Below, piece after piece: positions 50,287 to 61,507 of a stretch of 64,000 nt of DNA. Origin of the DNA: Escherichia coli (GTDB taxonomy: Bacteria; Pseudomonadota; Gammaproteobacteria; Enterobacterales; Enterobacteriaceae); NCBI RefSeq assembly GCF_046105845.1, contig NZ_CP151004.1. The stretch is one strand, 5' to 3'. Within the stretch, counting starts at the first letter, position 1; the number at the start of each line of letters is the position of its first letter. A program made the translations under genes and the position numbers. The notes beneath the pieces were generated by a model. That model was given only the letters and a program-made list of their open reading frames with translations, was not told the origin of the DNA and did not search any database.

Positions 50287-51143
50287 ATATCGCAATTGTG
50301 ACAATAAATCAGGAGAATGCCGCAATAGCGAGCTGGCTGGCGGCGCAGGATTTCAGCGGTTGTACCCTGGCGCACTGGCAGATTGAACCTCAGCCCGTAG
50401 TGGCGGAACAGGTGCTGGATGCGCTGGTGGAACAGTGGCAGCGAACGCCTGCGGACGTTGTTCTCTTTCCGCCGGGAACGTTTGGCGATGAACTGTCGAC
50501 CCGGCTGGCCTGGCGTTTACATGGTGCAAGCATCTGCCAGGTGACTTCGTTAGATATTCCAACCGTAAGCGTGCGCAAATCCCACTGGGGAAATGCGCTA
50601 ACGGCGACGCTGCAAACAGAAAAACGCCCGCTATGCCTTTCCCTGGCGCGTCAGGCGGGAGCAGAGAAAAACGCCACGTTGCCCTCTGGTATGCAGCAAC
50701 TGAATATTGTCCCGGGTGCGCTTCCCGACTGGCTGGTTAGCACAGAGGATCTGAAAAATGTTACCCGCGACTCATTAGCTGAAGCCAGACGGGTGCTGGT
50801 GGTGGGGCAGGGCGGAGAGGCAGATAACCAGGAAATCGCTATGCTGGCAGAAAAGCTGGGAGCCGAAGTGGGCTACAGTCGGGCGCGAGTGATGAACGGT
50901 GGCGTTGATGCTGAAAAAGTGATTGGTATTTCCGGACATTTGCTGGCACCTGAGGTGTGTATTGTTGTTGGCGCTTCCGGCGCAGCAGCGTTAATGGCGG
51001 GCGTACGCAATAGCAAGTTTGTGGTGGCGATTAATCATGACGCCAGCGCGGCGGTATTTTCACAGGCAGATGTTGGCGTGGTTGATGACTGGAAAGCGGT
51101 GCTGGAGGCACTGGTGACAACCATTCACGCAGATTGCCAATAA
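50283..51143 (+). CDS. ygcQ: electron transfer flavoprotein alpha-subunit-like YgcQ (FixB-like)
   Basis: ORF 50250 trimmed to MNIAIVTINQ; C-terminal ETF-alpha FAD-binding region; ATGA overlap with ygcR stop. Confidence 0.8.
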   Translation: MNIAIVTINQENAAIASWLAAQDFSGCTLAHWQIEPQPVVAEQVLDALVEQWQRTPADVVLFPPGTFGDELSTRLAWRLHGASICQVTSLDIPTVSVRKSHWGNALTATLQTEKRPLCLSLARQAGAEKNATLPSGMQQLNIVPGALPDWLVSTEDLKNVTRDSLAEARRVLVVGQGGEADNQEIAMLAEKLGAEVGYSRARVMNGGVDAEKVIGISGHLLAPEVCIVVGASGAAALMAGVRNSKFVVAINHDASAAVFSQADVGVVDDWKAVLEALVTTIHADCQ

Positions 51144-51147
51144 CGTG

Positions 51148-51253
51148 CTGCCGGATGATCCTGCCTACGGTTCTGGGCTGGGGACTTGTAAGCCTGATAA
51201 GACGCGTCAAGCGTCGTATCAGGCGCTGAATGTCGGATGTGGCGTGCAGCCTA
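51148..51253. repeat. BIME (tandem REP units) between convergent ygcQ and ygcP
   Basis: tgccggatgatcctgcctac...gcctgataagacgcgtcaagcgtcgtatcaggc...gtcggatgtggcgtgcagcctac: several REP-type palindromes. Confidence 0.6.
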
Positions 51254-51289
51254 CAAAGCACATAAATTCAACTCGTTACGAGTATCCCG

Positions 51290-51865
51290 TCAAAGCAATT
51301 TTTTCGCTAACGTCCAGACCCCGGTATTCGTGGTGGAAAGCGCCACAACACCCGCGTTAATCGCATTACGCGCATCTTCTTCATCGCACACCAGCCCGCC
51401 GGCAATCAGCGGTTGGCGGATTTTCTCCGTCACCCAGCCCAGCACTTTAGGCATACAGCCTGGCAGGATCTCAATACAATCCGGATTCGATTGCGCAACT
51501 TGCTTATCAATGTTGTGAAACGAAATTGAATCAACAATAAACAGGCGATGAATACAGAAAAAACCTTCCGCTCTTGCCGCTTTCAACATTGAGGCTTTGG
51601 TACTGATAATGCCGTCCGCCTCAGTCACCAGTTTCAAAAACTGAATCACCACTTCTTTATTTGACGCGCCTTCCAGCAAATCAACATGAATAAAAGCATA
51701 TTTTCCGGCATTTTTAATCTTTTTAACGATTTGACTAATGGTGCAGATATTGCCGTACAACACGGAAATAAACTGGCATTCAGAGTCGATTGCCAGTTGC
51801 AGGCTGGCATTATCTTTAACGGCAGCAATCACCGGATTCTGGCGGAGCAGGTGTAAGAGGGGCAT
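51290..51865 (-). CDS. ygcP: GlpP-like glycerol-3-phosphate-responsive antiterminator family protein YgcP
   Basis: 191 aa MPLLHLLRQNPVIAAVKDNASLQ; GlpP/G3P-antiterminator fold. Confidence 0.8.
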   Translation of the reverse strand: MPLLHLLRQNPVIAAVKDNASLQLAIDSECQFISVLYGNICTISQIVKKIKNAGKYAFIHVDLLEGASNKEVVIQFLKLVTEADGIISTKASMLKAARAEGFFCIHRLFIVDSISFHNIDKQVAQSNPDCIEILPGCMPKVLGWVTEKIRQPLIAGGLVCDEEDARNAINAGVVALSTTNTGVWTLAKKLL

Positions 51866-51881
51866 AAATTATCCTTATTAT

Positions 51882-52142
51882 TTATCCAAAACGGTAGGTG
51901 ATGCCGAATCCGGAAGGCGGATAGCGCCACTGTTGTAGTGTTGATTCGTCGCACAGCAAACGGCAGGTGCCACACTCCAGGCAGCCGCGATAATCAACGC
52001 GTAAGTCACCTTCCGGTGTGAGCGAAAAAAGACCAGCCGGACAAGCGTTAATCAACCGTTGTACCGTCTGGCGCTCAACGGAGTCAGCCGGAACAATGTG
52101 CGGCGCATCGGCAACGCGCCAGAGATTACGGGCTACAGACAT
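51882..52142 (-). CDS. ygcO: ferredoxin-like protein YgcO (FixX-like)
   Basis: ORF trimmed to MSVARNLW (86 aa); Cys motif CLECGTCRLLC; overlaps ygcN 3' end. Confidence 0.75.
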   Translation of the reverse strand: MSVARNLWRVADAPHIVPADSVERQTVQRLINACPAGLFSLTPEGDLRVDYRGCLECGTCRLLCDESTLQQWRYPPSGFGITYRFG

Positions 52143-53404
52143 CGCAGACTCCTGATAACATCGCCCGCCAGATGCCACAGGCCGTGACGACGTAAATGAC
52201 GCCAGAGCAACTGGCGCAGCGGCGGAACAGGTTTATCACCCTGATCCCATAAATCACGGGAAATATCCTGCATTAACGCAGGCCACGCCCGATACCAGCC
52301 AGGGCGTTGCAAAAGCGCCGGAACATGCTGATAACGTTGTAGAACATCCCATAGCAGGCTGCGCTCGACGTTGTGATGATAAAGCGCAAACAGATTTTGC
52401 GGCTCGCGGTGCTGGCAGGCGCTTATCAGCGTTTGTGCCGCCGCCTGCGCGCCAGTTAGCGCCATATCCATGCCGCGCACGGAAATTCCGGTATTGACGC
52501 AACTGCGCAACGCATCGCCCACCAGCAGCCAGCCGTTACCGGCGTATTGCACCGGCATACTGTGCAAGCCACCTTCTGGCACCAGATGCGCACCATACTC
52601 CAGTGATTCCGTGTTTTTGATAAGCGGGCGCACTGCCGGATGCGTTTTAAAGCGAGCCAGCAGCTCGCTTGCCGGAACACGACTTTGCGTAAGGGAAGAG
52701 AGCGGGCAAACAATCCCTAACGAGAGCGTTTGTTGATTAGTATAAAGAAATGCGCCGCCGGGTAAGTCATCACAGATTCCGCCGCTGAACAGCAACGCTG
52801 CGCCTTCGTTATTCTCCAGATGAAAACGTTCTTCAATAGCGGATGTTTCCAGCGACAGCACTTCTTTGATCCCCAACGCCATCGCTTCGCCAGCAGGACG
52901 AGTCACTAACCCGTGACGCTCAGCCAGGACGCTGTTGGCACCTTCTGCCAGCACCACATAACGGGCGCGGAGAATATCGTCACCACAAATGACACCACAC
53001 ACCATGCCGTTTTCTTCATACAGCGCATCCACCGTCGCACCGGGGATGCATTCGACACCTTCTTTTTCGGCTTCGGCAACCAGCCACGGATCGAACCGTG
53101 CACGTAATACACTCCAGGATTCACCGCCGGGCTGTAAGCTGGAAAACGTCGTTGCGCCATCCGGCGTTAACAGGGAAAGGCTTTCGTGAGTGATGCGTCG
53201 TTCAAGAGGCGCGGTCAGATGAAATTGTGGGAGGAGTTCCGCGAGCGCCTGGGTATATAAACGCCCGCCGGAAAGATTTTTGCTGCCGGGGATTTCAGCG
53301 CGTTCCAGTAACAAAACGGATAAACCTGCCCGCGCGCAGCGTAAAGCACAAGCGGTGCCTGCTATACCCGCACCAATAATAATAATGTCGCAGTCGTCTT
53401 CCAT
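52133..53404 (-). CDS. ygcN: FAD-dependent oxidoreductase YgcN (FixC / ETF-quinone oxidoreductase-like)
   Basis: ORF trimmed to MEDDCDIIIIGAGIAGTACA (GxGxxG FAD fold), 423 aa. Confidence 0.8.
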   Translation of the reverse strand: MEDDCDIIIIGAGIAGTACALRCARAGLSVLLLERAEIPGSKNLSGGRLYTQALAELLPQFHLTAPLERRITHESLSLLTPDGATTFSSLQPGGESWSVLRARFDPWLVAEAEKEGVECIPGATVDALYEENGMVCGVICGDDILRARYVVLAEGANSVLAERHGLVTRPAGEAMALGIKEVLSLETSAIEERFHLENNEGAALLFSGGICDDLPGGAFLYTNQQTLSLGIVCPLSSLTQSRVPASELLARFKTHPAVRPLIKNTESLEYGAHLVPEGGLHSMPVQYAGNGWLLVGDALRSCVNTGISVRGMDMALTGAQAAAQTLISACQHREPQNLFALYHHNVERSLLWDVLQRYQHVPALLQRPGWYRAWPALMQDISRDLWDQGDKPVPPLRQLLWRHLRRHGLWHLAGDVIRSLRCL

Positions 53405-53481
53405 GTCGTGCCCCATATATCCAGAGCGCAACACCCTAACATAGCGTTACTTAAGGGAAATTGACCGCCGACACACTCTTA

Positions 53482-53847
53482 TCATTCGCCGCGATAGATG
53501 CAACCTGCGGTGCAGGTTTCTTTCACCATAACCGCACTTAACAGCGGAACAACCGGTTTAACCTGATCCCAAATCCATTTTGCTAAAACCTCGCTGGTCG
53601 GGTTTTCCAGACCTGGAATATCATTGAGATAATGGTGATCGAGGCGCTCATAAGTTGGCTTAAACGCCGCTTTCAGTTCAGCGAAATCGATAATCCAGCC
53701 CGTATGCGGATCGACTTCCCCGGTAATTTCCAGTCGCACCATAAAGGAATGCCCGTGCAGGCGACCACATTTATGCCCTTCCGGGACGTGTGGTAAGCGG
53801 TGAGCGGCTTCGAAGGTGAAATCTTTAAATAACGTGGTGGACATCAT
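53482..53847 (-). CDS. queD: 6-carboxy-5,6,7,8-tetrahydropterin synthase QueD
   Basis: ORF trimmed to [35 protein letters not shown] (121 aa); Zn-binding His/Cys of the PTPS fold. Confidence 0.85.
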   Translation of the reverse strand: MMSTTLFKDFTFEAAHRLPHVPEGHKCGRLHGHSFMVRLEITGEVDPHTGWIIDFAELKAAFKPTYERLDHHYLNDIPGLENPTSEVLAKWIWDQVKPVVPLLSAVMVKETCTAGCIYRGE

Positions 53848-53931
53848 AATTTCTCTACAGGACGATAAAACCGCCGTAGAGTACCGGAAAGGCTGTTTTT
53901 TCGCATTATCTAAAACGACTTTGTTGCGCAA

Positions 53932-54162
53932 AATCGCTGATTTATCTTAATGATTGGCTAAATTCATTTGTTTTTCATTGGGTTGGTTAATCTGTTTTGT
54001 TGTTAAAGACTATTGCTAAAACAGGTTAGTCGATTTGGTTATTAGTTATCGCTATCCCGTCTTTAATCCACACCGTTCACCCCGTTAACCTTACCTTCTC
54101 TTCTGTTTTATGGGCGCTGACAGGGCGCAGAAACAGCTTTGCTTACTGGAACATAACGACGC
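53932..54162 (+). promoter_or_regulatory. cysJIH promoter region (CysB-dependent in E. coli)
   Basis: AT-rich 230 bp upstream of cysJ; specific CysB sites not resolved by eye. Confidence 0.45.
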
Positions 54163-55962
54163 ATGACGACACAGGTCCCACCTTCCGCGTTGCTTCCGTT
54201 GAACCCGGAGCAACTGGCACGCCTTCAGGCGGCCACGACCGATTTAACTCCTACCCAGCTTGCCTGGGTTTCTGGCTATTTCTGGGGCGTGCTCAACCAG
54301 CAGCCTGCTGCGCTTGCAGCGACGCCAGCGCCCGCCGCAGAAATGCCGGATATAACTATTATCTCCGCTTCGCAAACCGGCAATGCGCGCCGGGTTGCTG
54401 AAGCATTACGCGATGATTTATTAGCGGCAAAACTGAACGTTAAGCTGGTGAACGCGGGCGACTATAAATTCAAACAAATCGCCAGCGAAAAACTGCTCAT
54501 CGTGGTGACGTCAACGCAAGGGGAAGGGGAACCGCCGGAAGAAGCCGTCGCGCTGCATAAGTTCCTGTTCTCCAAAAAAGCGCCAAAGCTGGAAAACACT
54601 GCATTTGCCGTGTTTAGCCTCGGCGATAGCTCTTATGAATTTTTCTGCCAGTCCGGGAAAGATTTTGACAGCAAGCTGGCGGAACTGGGCGGTGAACGCC
54701 TGCTCGACCGTGTCGATGCCGACGTTGAATACCAGGCTGCTGCCATCGAGTGGCGCGCCCGCGTGGTTGATGCGCTTAAATCGCGTGCGCCTGTCGCGGC
54801 ACCTTCGCAATCCGTCGCTACTGGCGCGGTAAATGAAATCCACACCAGCCCGTACAGCAAAGACGCGCCGCTGGTGGCGAGCCTCTCTGTTAACCAGAAA
54901 ATTACCGGGCGTAACTCTGAAAAAGACGTTCGCCATATCGAAATTGACTTAGGTGACTCTGGCCTGCGTTACCAGCCGGGTGACGCGCTGGGCGTCTGGT
55001 ATCAGAACGATCCGGCACTGGTGAAAGAACTTGTCGAACTGCTGTGGCTGAAAGGCGATGAAACTGTCACCGTTGACGGCAAAACGCTGACCCTGAGCGA
55101 AGCGCTACAGTGGCACTTTGAACTCACCGTCAACACCGCGAATATTGTTGAGAACTACGCCACGCTTACCCGCAGCGAAACGCTGCTGCCGCTGGTGGGC
55201 GATAAAGCCAAGTTACAGCATTACGCCGTGACCACGCCGATTGTTGACATGGTGCGTTTCTCTCCGGCGCAACTGGATGCCGAAGCGCTGATTAACCTGC
55301 TGCGCCCGCTGACCCCGCGCCTGTATTCCATCGCCTCCTCGCAGGCGGAAGTCGAGAACGAAGTACACGTTACCGTTGGTGTGGTGCGTTACGACGTGGA
55401 AGGCCGCGCCCGTGCCGGTGGTGCCTCCAGTTTCCTCGCGGACCGTGTGGAAGAAGAGGGCGAAGTCCGCGTCTTTATCGAACATAACGATAACTTCCGC
55501 CTGCCAGCCAATCCGGAAACGTCGGTGATTATGATTGGCCCAGGCACCGGCATCGCGCCGTTCCGCGCCTTTATGCAGCAACGCGCCGCCGACGAAGCGT
55601 CGGGGAAAAACTGGCTGTTCTTTGGCAACCCGCACTTTACGGAAGATTTCCTCTACCAGGTGGAATGGCAGCGCTACGTCAAAGAGGGCGTGCTGACGCG
55701 TATCGATCTTGCCTGGTCGCGCGATCAAAAAGAAAAAATTTACGTACAAGACAAACTGCGCGAACAGGGCGCGGAGCTGTGGCGCTGGATCAATGACGGT
55801 GCCCACATTTATGTCTGCGGCGACGCTAATCGCATGGCGAAAGACGTTGAGCAGGCACTTCTGGAAGTGATTGCCGAATTTGGTGGCATGGACACCGAAG
55901 CGGCGGATGAATTTTTAAGTGAGCTGCGCGTAGAGCGCCGTTATCAGCGAGATGTCTACTAA
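54163..55962 (+). CDS. cysJ: sulfite reductase [NADPH] flavoprotein alpha-component CysJ
   Basis: 599 aa; flavodoxin-like FMN domain plus FAD/NADPH ferredoxin-reductase domain. Confidence 0.95.
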   Translation: MTTQVPPSALLPLNPEQLARLQAATTDLTPTQLAWVSGYFWGVLNQQPAALAATPAPAAEMPDITIISASQTGNARRVAEALRDDLLAAKLNVKLVNAGDYKFKQIASEKLLIVVTSTQGEGEPPEEAVALHKFLFSKKAPKLENTAFAVFSLGDSSYEFFCQSGKDFDSKLAELGGERLLDRVDADVEYQAAAIEWRARVVDALKSRAPVAAPSQSVATGAVNEIHTSPYSKDAPLVASLSVNQKITGRNSEKDVRHIEIDLGDSGLRYQPGDALGVWYQNDPALVKELVELLWLKGDETVTVDGKTLTLSEALQWHFELTVNTANIVENYATLTRSETLLPLVGDKAKLQHYAVTTPIVDMVRFSPAQLDAEALINLLRPLTPRLYSIASSQAEVENEVHVTVGVVRYDVEGRARAGGASSFLADRVEEEGEVRVFIEHNDNFRLPANPETSVIMIGPGTGIAPFRAFMQQRAADEASGKNWLFFGNPHFTEDFLYQVEWQRYVKEGVLTRIDLAWSRDQKEKIYVQDKLREQGAELWRWINDGAHIYVCGDANRMAKDVEQALLEVIAEFGGMDTEAADEFLSELRVERRYQRDVY

Positions 55963-57674
55963 TGAGCGAAAAACATCCAGGGCCTTTAGTGGTCGAAGGA
56001 AAACTGACAGACGCCGAGCGCATGAAGCTTGAAAGCAACTACCTGCGCGGCACCATTGCGGAAGATTTAAACGACGGTCTGACCGGTGGTTTTAAGGGCG
56101 ACAACTTCCTGCTGATCCGCTTCCACGGCATGTATCAGCAGGATGACCGCGACATCCGCGCCGAACGTGCTGAACAGAAGCTGGAGCCACGTCATGCAAT
56201 GCTGTTGCGCTGTCGTCTGCCGGGTGGGGTGATTACCACCAAACAGTGGCAGGCGATCGATAAATTTGCCGGTGAAAACACCATCTATGGCAGCATTCGC
56301 CTGACCAACCGCCAGACGTTTCAGTTTCACGGCATTCTGAAAAAGAACGTCAAACCGGTGCACCAGATGCTGCACTCGGTCGGTCTTGATGCGCTGGCGA
56401 CCGCCAACGATATGAACCGTAACGTGCTGTGCACTTCGAACCCTTACGAGTCGCAGTTGCACGCGGAAGCATATGAATGGGCGAAGAAAATCTCTGAACA
56501 TCTGCTGCCACGTACCCGCGCGTATGCGGAGATCTGGCTCGATCAGGAAAAAGTCGCCACTACTGATGAAGAGCCGATCCTTGGTCAGACCTACCTGCCG
56601 CGTAAGTTCAAAACCACGGTAGTGATCCCGCCGCAGAACGATATCGATCTGCACGCCAACGACATGAACTTCGTGGCGATCGCCGAAAACGGCAAGCTGG
56701 TGGGCTTTAACCTGCTGGTGGGCGGTGGGCTTTCCATCGAGCACGGCAACAAGAAGACCTACGCCCGCACGGCGAGTGAGTTTGGTTATCTGCCGCTGGA
56801 GCATACGCTAGCGGTGGCGGAAGCCGTCGTGACAACTCAGCGTGACTGGGGTAACCGAACCGATCGTAAAAATGCCAAAACCAAATACACGCTGGAGCGC
56901 GTGGGGGTTGAGACGTTTAAAGCGGAAGTGGAGCGTCGCGCGGGGATCAAATTTGAACCGATCCGTCCGTATGAGTTTACCGGACGCGGCGATCGTATTG
57001 GCTGGGTTAAGGGCATTGATGATAACTGGCACCTGACGCTGTTTATCGAAAATGGTCGCATCCTTGATTATCCTGGGCGTCCGCTGAAAACCGGCCTGCT
57101 GGAGATCGCGAAGATCCACAAAGGCGATTTCCGCATTACGGCGAACCAGAATCTAATCATCGCCGGTGTGCCGGAAAGCGAGAAAGCGAAGATCGAGAAG
57201 ATCGCCAAAGAGAGCGGGTTAATGAATGCCGTCACGCCGCAGCGTGAAAACTCAATGGCCTGCGTGTCATTCCCGACTTGCCCGCTGGCGATGGCGGAAG
57301 CAGAGCGTTTCCTGCCGTCTTTTATCGACAACATCGATAATTTAATGGCGAAACATGGTGTCAGCGATGAGCATATCGTGATGCGTGTAACAGGCTGCCC
57401 GAACGGTTGTGGTCGCGCGATGCTGGCGGAAGTGGGCCTGGTGGGTAAAGCGCCGGGTCGCTACAACCTGCATCTTGGCGGCAACCGCATTGGGACACGT
57501 ATCCCACGGATGTATAAAGAAAACATCACCGAGCCGGAAATCCTGGCGTCGCTTGATGAACTGATAGGGCGCTGGGCGAAAGAGCGCGAAGCGGGTGAAG
57601 GCTTCGGCGACTTTACGGTGCGTGCGGGCATCATTCGCCCGGTGCTCGATCCGGCGCGGGATTTGTGGGATTAA
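55962..57674 (+). CDS. cysI: sulfite reductase [NADPH] hemoprotein beta-component CysI
   Basis: 570 aa; siroheme/4Fe-4S cysteines ([19 protein letters not shown]); ATG overlaps cysJ stop. Confidence 0.95.
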   Translation: MSEKHPGPLVVEGKLTDAERMKLESNYLRGTIAEDLNDGLTGGFKGDNFLLIRFHGMYQQDDRDIRAERAEQKLEPRHAMLLRCRLPGGVITTKQWQAIDKFAGENTIYGSIRLTNRQTFQFHGILKKNVKPVHQMLHSVGLDALATANDMNRNVLCTSNPYESQLHAEAYEWAKKISEHLLPRTRAYAEIWLDQEKVATTDEEPILGQTYLPRKFKTTVVIPPQNDIDLHANDMNFVAIAENGKLVGFNLLVGGGLSIEHGNKKTYARTASEFGYLPLEHTLAVAEAVVTTQRDWGNRTDRKNAKTKYTLERVGVETFKAEVERRAGIKFEPIRPYEFTGRGDRIGWVKGIDDNWHLTLFIENGRILDYPGRPLKTGLLEIAKIHKGDFRITANQNLIIAGVPESEKAKIEKIAKESGLMNAVTPQRENSMACVSFPTCPLAMAEAERFLPSFIDNIDNLMAKHGVSDEHIVMRVTGCPNGCGRAMLAEVGLVGKAPGRYNLHLGGNRIGTRIPRMYKENITEPEILASLDELIGRWAKEREAGEGFGDFTVRAGIIRPVLDPARDLWD

Positions 57675-57690
57675 CCATCAGCCCGGTCTT

Positions 57691-57730
57691 GTAGGCCTGA
57701 TAAGACGTGTGAGCGTCGCATCAGGCAAGG
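57691..57730. repeat. REP element between cysI and cysH
   Basis: gtaggcctgataagacgtgtgagcgtcgcatcaggcaagg. Confidence 0.55.
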
Positions 57731-57747
57731 CAAACAGTGAGGAATCT

Positions 57748-58482
57748 ATGTCCAAACTCGATCTAAACGCCCTGAACGAACTGCCGAAGGTAGATCGCAT
57801 TCTGGCGCTGGCGGAAACTAACGCCGAACTGGAAAAACTGGACGCTGAAAGCCGCGTTGCCTGGGCGCTGGATAATCTGCCCGGTGAATATGTACTTTCT
57901 TCCAGCTTTGGCATTCAGGCGGCGGTGAGCCTGCATCTGGTGAATCAGATTCACCCGGATATCCCGGTGATCCTGACCGATACGGGTTATCTGTTTCCGG
58001 AAACCTACCGCTTTATTGACGAGTTAACGGACAAACTCAAGCTCAACCTGAAAGTGTACCGTGCTACCGAAAGCGCCGCCTGGCAGGAAGCGCGCTACGG
58101 CAAACTGTGGGAGCAGGGTGTTGAAGGCATTGAAAAGTACAATGACATCAACAAAGTCGAACCAATGAACCGGGCGCTGAAAGAACTGAATGCGCAAACC
58201 TGGTTTGCTGGCCTGCGCCGTGAACAATCCGGCAGCCGCGCCAATTTACCGGTGCTGGCAATTCAGCGTGGCGTATTTAAAGTGCTGCCGATTATCGACT
58301 GGGATAACCGAACTATTTATCAGTACCTGCAAAAGCATGGCCTGAAATATCACCCATTATGGGACGAAGGATATTTATCGGTGGGCGATACCCATACAAC
58401 CCGTAAATGGGAACCCGGCATGGCGGAAGAAGAAACGCGTTTCTTTGGCTTAAAAAGGGAATGTGGGTTACACGAAGGGTAA
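57748..58482 (+). CDS. cysH: phosphoadenosine phosphosulfate (PAPS) reductase CysH
   Basis: ORF 57595 trimmed to [23 protein letters not shown] (244 aa); C-terminal ECGLH catalytic Cys motif. Confidence 0.9.
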   Translation: MSKLDLNALNELPKVDRILALAETNAELEKLDAESRVAWALDNLPGEYVLSSSFGIQAAVSLHLVNQIHPDIPVILTDTGYLFPETYRFIDELTDKLKLNLKVYRATESAAWQEARYGKLWEQGVEGIEKYNDINKVEPMNRALKELNAQTWFAGLRREQSGSRANLPVLAIQRGVFKVLPIIDWDNRTIYQYLQKHGLKYHPLWDEGYLSVGDTHTTRKWEPGMAEEETRFFGLKRECGLHEG

Positions 58483-58840
58483 ATATTGCCGGATAAATTA
58501 AACGCCTCTGTCAGAAATGATGGGGGCGTTTTTATTTTGCGAGCAGCATTCCTGATTTTAAACGTGAACGCCGCTGGAAGAATCAACAGGTATATAATGG
58601 TGTCGGGTGCTTGAGGCTGTCTGGCGTTAAGCATTCGCGAGGTTCCAGATGGACAAAAGCCCCAGGCGATATTTCTATCAACCTGAGGCCAGCGTTCGAA
58701 CCCAAACAATTCGAATGTTAGTCTCTTCTTTGCAGGGAGGCAAGACATGTGTATATCACTGTAATTCGATATTTATGAGCAGCATCGAAAAATAGTCCAC
58801 TGATATCATCGATAATACTAAAAAAACAGGGAGGCTATTA

Positions 58841-61507
58841 ATGGAACCTTTTAAATATATATGTCATTACTGGGGGAAATCCTCAAAAAGCCTGACGAAA
58901 GGAAATGATATTCATCTGTTGATTTATCATTGCCTGGATGTTGCAGCTGTTGCAGATTGCTGGTGGGATCAATCAGTCGTACTACAAAATGCTTTTTGCC
59001 GAAATGAAATGCTATCAAAACAGAAGGTGAAAGCCTGGCTGTTATTTTTCATTGCCCTTCATGATATCGGAAAGTTTGATATACGATTCCAATATAAATC
59101 AGCAGAAAGTTGGCTGAAATTAAATCCTGCAACGCCATCACTTAATGGTCCATCAACACAAATGTGCCGTAAATTTAATCATGGTGCAGCCGGTCTGTAT
59201 TGGTTTAACCAGGATTCACTTTCAGAGCAATCTCCCGGGGATTTTTTCAGTTTTTTTGATGCCGCTCCTCATCCTTATGAGTCCTGGTTTCCATGGGTAG
59301 AGGCCGTTACAGGACATCATGGTTTTATATTACATTCCCAGGATCAAGATAAGTCGCGTTGGGAAATGCCAGCTTCTCTGGCATCTTATGCTGCGCAAGA
59401 TAAACAGGCTCGTGAGGAGTGGATATCTGTACTCGAAGCATTATTTTTAACGCCAGCTGGGTTATCTATAAACGATATACCACCTGATTGTTCATCACTG
59501 TTAGCAGGTTTTTGCTCGCTTGCTGACTGGTTAGGTTCCTGGACCACAACGGATACCTTTCTATTCAAAGAAGATGCACCTTCAGGCATACAAGCGCTAA
59601 GAACATATTTTCAGTATAGACAACAGGATGCGTGTCGGGTACTGGAGTTGAGTGGCCTTGTATCAAATAAGCGTAGTTATGACGGCGTACATGCCTTACT
59701 GGACAATGGCTATCAACCAAGACAATTACAGGTGTTGGTTGATGCTCTTCCTACAGCTCCCGGGCTGACGGTGATTGAGGCACCTACGGGATCAGGTAAA
59801 ACCGAAACAGCGCTGGCCTATGCCTGGAAACTTATTGACCAACAACTTGCGGAGAGTGTTATTTTTGCCCTCCCTACACAAGCTACTGCAAATGCAATGC
59901 TCAGTAGAATGGAAGCGAACGCGAGCCGTTTATTTACCTCCCCAAATCTTATTCTTGCTCATGGTAATTCACGTTTTAACCACCTTTTTCAATCAATAAA
60001 ATCACGCGCATTTACTGAGCAGGGGCAAGAAGAAGCATGGGTTCAGTGTTGCCAATGGTTGTCACAAAGTAATAAGAAAGTGTTTCTAGGGCAAATAGGC
60101 GTTTGCACGATTGATCAGGTATTGATATCGGTATTGCCAGTTAAACATCGCTTTATCCGTGGTTTGGGAATTGGTCGAAGTATTTTAATTGTTGATGAAG
60201 TTCATGCTTACGACACGTATATGAACGGCTTGCTGGAGGCTGTGCTCAAGGCTCAGGCTGATGTGGGAGGGAGTGTTATTCTTCTTTCCGCAACTCTACC
60301 AATGAAACAAAAACAGAAACTTCTGGATACTTATGGTCTGCATACAGATCCAGAGGAAAATAACTCCGCATATCCACTCATTAACTGGCGAGGTGTGAAT
60401 GGTGCACAACGTTTTGATCTGTTAGCTCATCCAGAACAACTCCCGCCCCGCTTTTCGATTCGGCCAGAACCTATTTATTTAGCTGACATGTTACCTGACC
60501 TTAGGATGTTAGAGCGAATGATCGCAGCGGCAAATGCGGGTGCACAAGTCTGTCTTATCTGCAATTTGGTTGATGTTGCACAACTATGCCACCAACGGTT
60601 AAAGGAACTAAATAACACGCAAGTAGATATAGATTTGTTTCATGCGCGCTTTACGCTGAACGATCGTCGTGAAAAAGAGAATCGAGTTATTAGCAATTTC
60701 GGCAAAAATGGGAAGCGAAATGTTGGACGGATACTTGTCGCCACCCAGGTCGTGGAACAATCACTCGACGTTGATTTTGATTGGTTAATTACTCAGCATT
60801 GCCCCGCAGATTTACTTTTCCAACGATTGGGCCGTTTACATCGCCATCATCGCAAATATCGTCCCGCTGGTTTTGAGGTTCCTCTTGCCACCGTTTTGCT
60901 GCCTGATGGCGAAGGTTACGGACGACATGAGCATATTTATAGCAACGTTAGAGTCATGTGGCGGACGCAGCAACATATTGAGGAACTTAATGGAGCATCC
61001 TTATTTTTCCCCGATGCCTACCGGCAATGGCTGGATAGCATTTACGATGATGCTGAAATGGATGAGCCAGAATGGGTCATCAAAGGCATGGATAAGTTTG
61101 AAAGCGCTGAGTGTGAAAAGAGGTTCAAGGCTCGCAAGGTTCTGCAGTGGGCTGAAGAATATAGCTTGCAGGATAACGATGAAACAATTCTTGCGGTAAC
61201 GAGGGATGGGGAAATGAGCCTGCCATTATTGCCTTATTTACAAACGTCTTCAGGTAAACAACTGCTCGATGGCCAGGTCTACGAGGACCTAAGTCATGAA
61301 CAGCAGTATGAGGCGTTAGCACTTAATCGCGTCAATGTACCCTTCACCTGGAAACGTAATTTTTCTGAAGTAGTAGATGAAGATGGGTTACTTTGGCTGG
61401 AAGGGAAACAGAATCAGAATGGATGGATCTGGCAGGGTAATAATATTGTTATTACCTACACTCGGGATGAAGGGATGACCAGAGTCATCCCTGCAAATCC
61501 CAAATAA
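58841..61507 (+). CDS. cas3: CRISPR-associated nuclease/helicase Cas3 (type I-E)
   Basis: 888 aa; HD nuclease motif (FIALHDIGKFD), SF2 helicase Walker A (EAPTGSGKTETAL) and DEAH-type box (LIVDEVHAYD). Confidence 0.95.
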   Translation: MEPFKYICHYWGKSSKSLTKGNDIHLLIYHCLDVAAVADCWWDQSVVLQNAFCRNEMLSKQKVKAWLLFFIALHDIGKFDIRFQYKSAESWLKLNPATPSLNGPSTQMCRKFNHGAAGLYWFNQDSLSEQSPGDFFSFFDAAPHPYESWFPWVEAVTGHHGFILHSQDQDKSRWEMPASLASYAAQDKQAREEWISVLEALFLTPAGLSINDIPPDCSSLLAGFCSLADWLGSWTTTDTFLFKEDAPSGIQALRTYFQYRQQDACRVLELSGLVSNKRSYDGVHALLDNGYQPRQLQVLVDALPTAPGLTVIEAPTGSGKTETALAYAWKLIDQQLAESVIFALPTQATANAMLSRMEANASRLFTSPNLILAHGNSRFNHLFQSIKSRAFTEQGQEEAWVQCCQWLSQSNKKVFLGQIGVCTIDQVLISVLPVKHRFIRGLGIGRSILIVDEVHAYDTYMNGLLEAVLKAQADVGGSVILLSATLPMKQKQKLLDTYGLHTDPEENNSAYPLINWRGVNGAQRFDLLAHPEQLPPRFSIRPEPIYLADMLPDLRMLERMIAAANAGAQVCLICNLVDVAQLCHQRLKELNNTQVDIDLFHARFTLNDRREKENRVISNFGKNGKRNVGRILVATQVVEQSLDVDFDWLITQHCPADLLFQRLGRLHRHHRKYRPAGFEVPLATVLLPDGEGYGRHEHIYSNVRVMWRTQQHIEELNGASLFFPDAYRQWLDSIYDDAEMDEPEWVIKGMDKFESAECEKRFKARKVLQWAEEYSLQDNDETILAVTRDGEMSLPLLPYLQTSSGKQLLDGQVYEDLSHEQQYEALALNRVNVPFTWKRNFSEVVDEDGLLWLEGKQNQNGWIWQGNNIVITYTRDEGMTRVIPANPK

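Noticed and set aside
55213-56804. Minus-strand ORFs 55213..55806 and 56067..56804
   Set aside because: Antisense to cysJ and cysI, both confidently identified on the plus strand.
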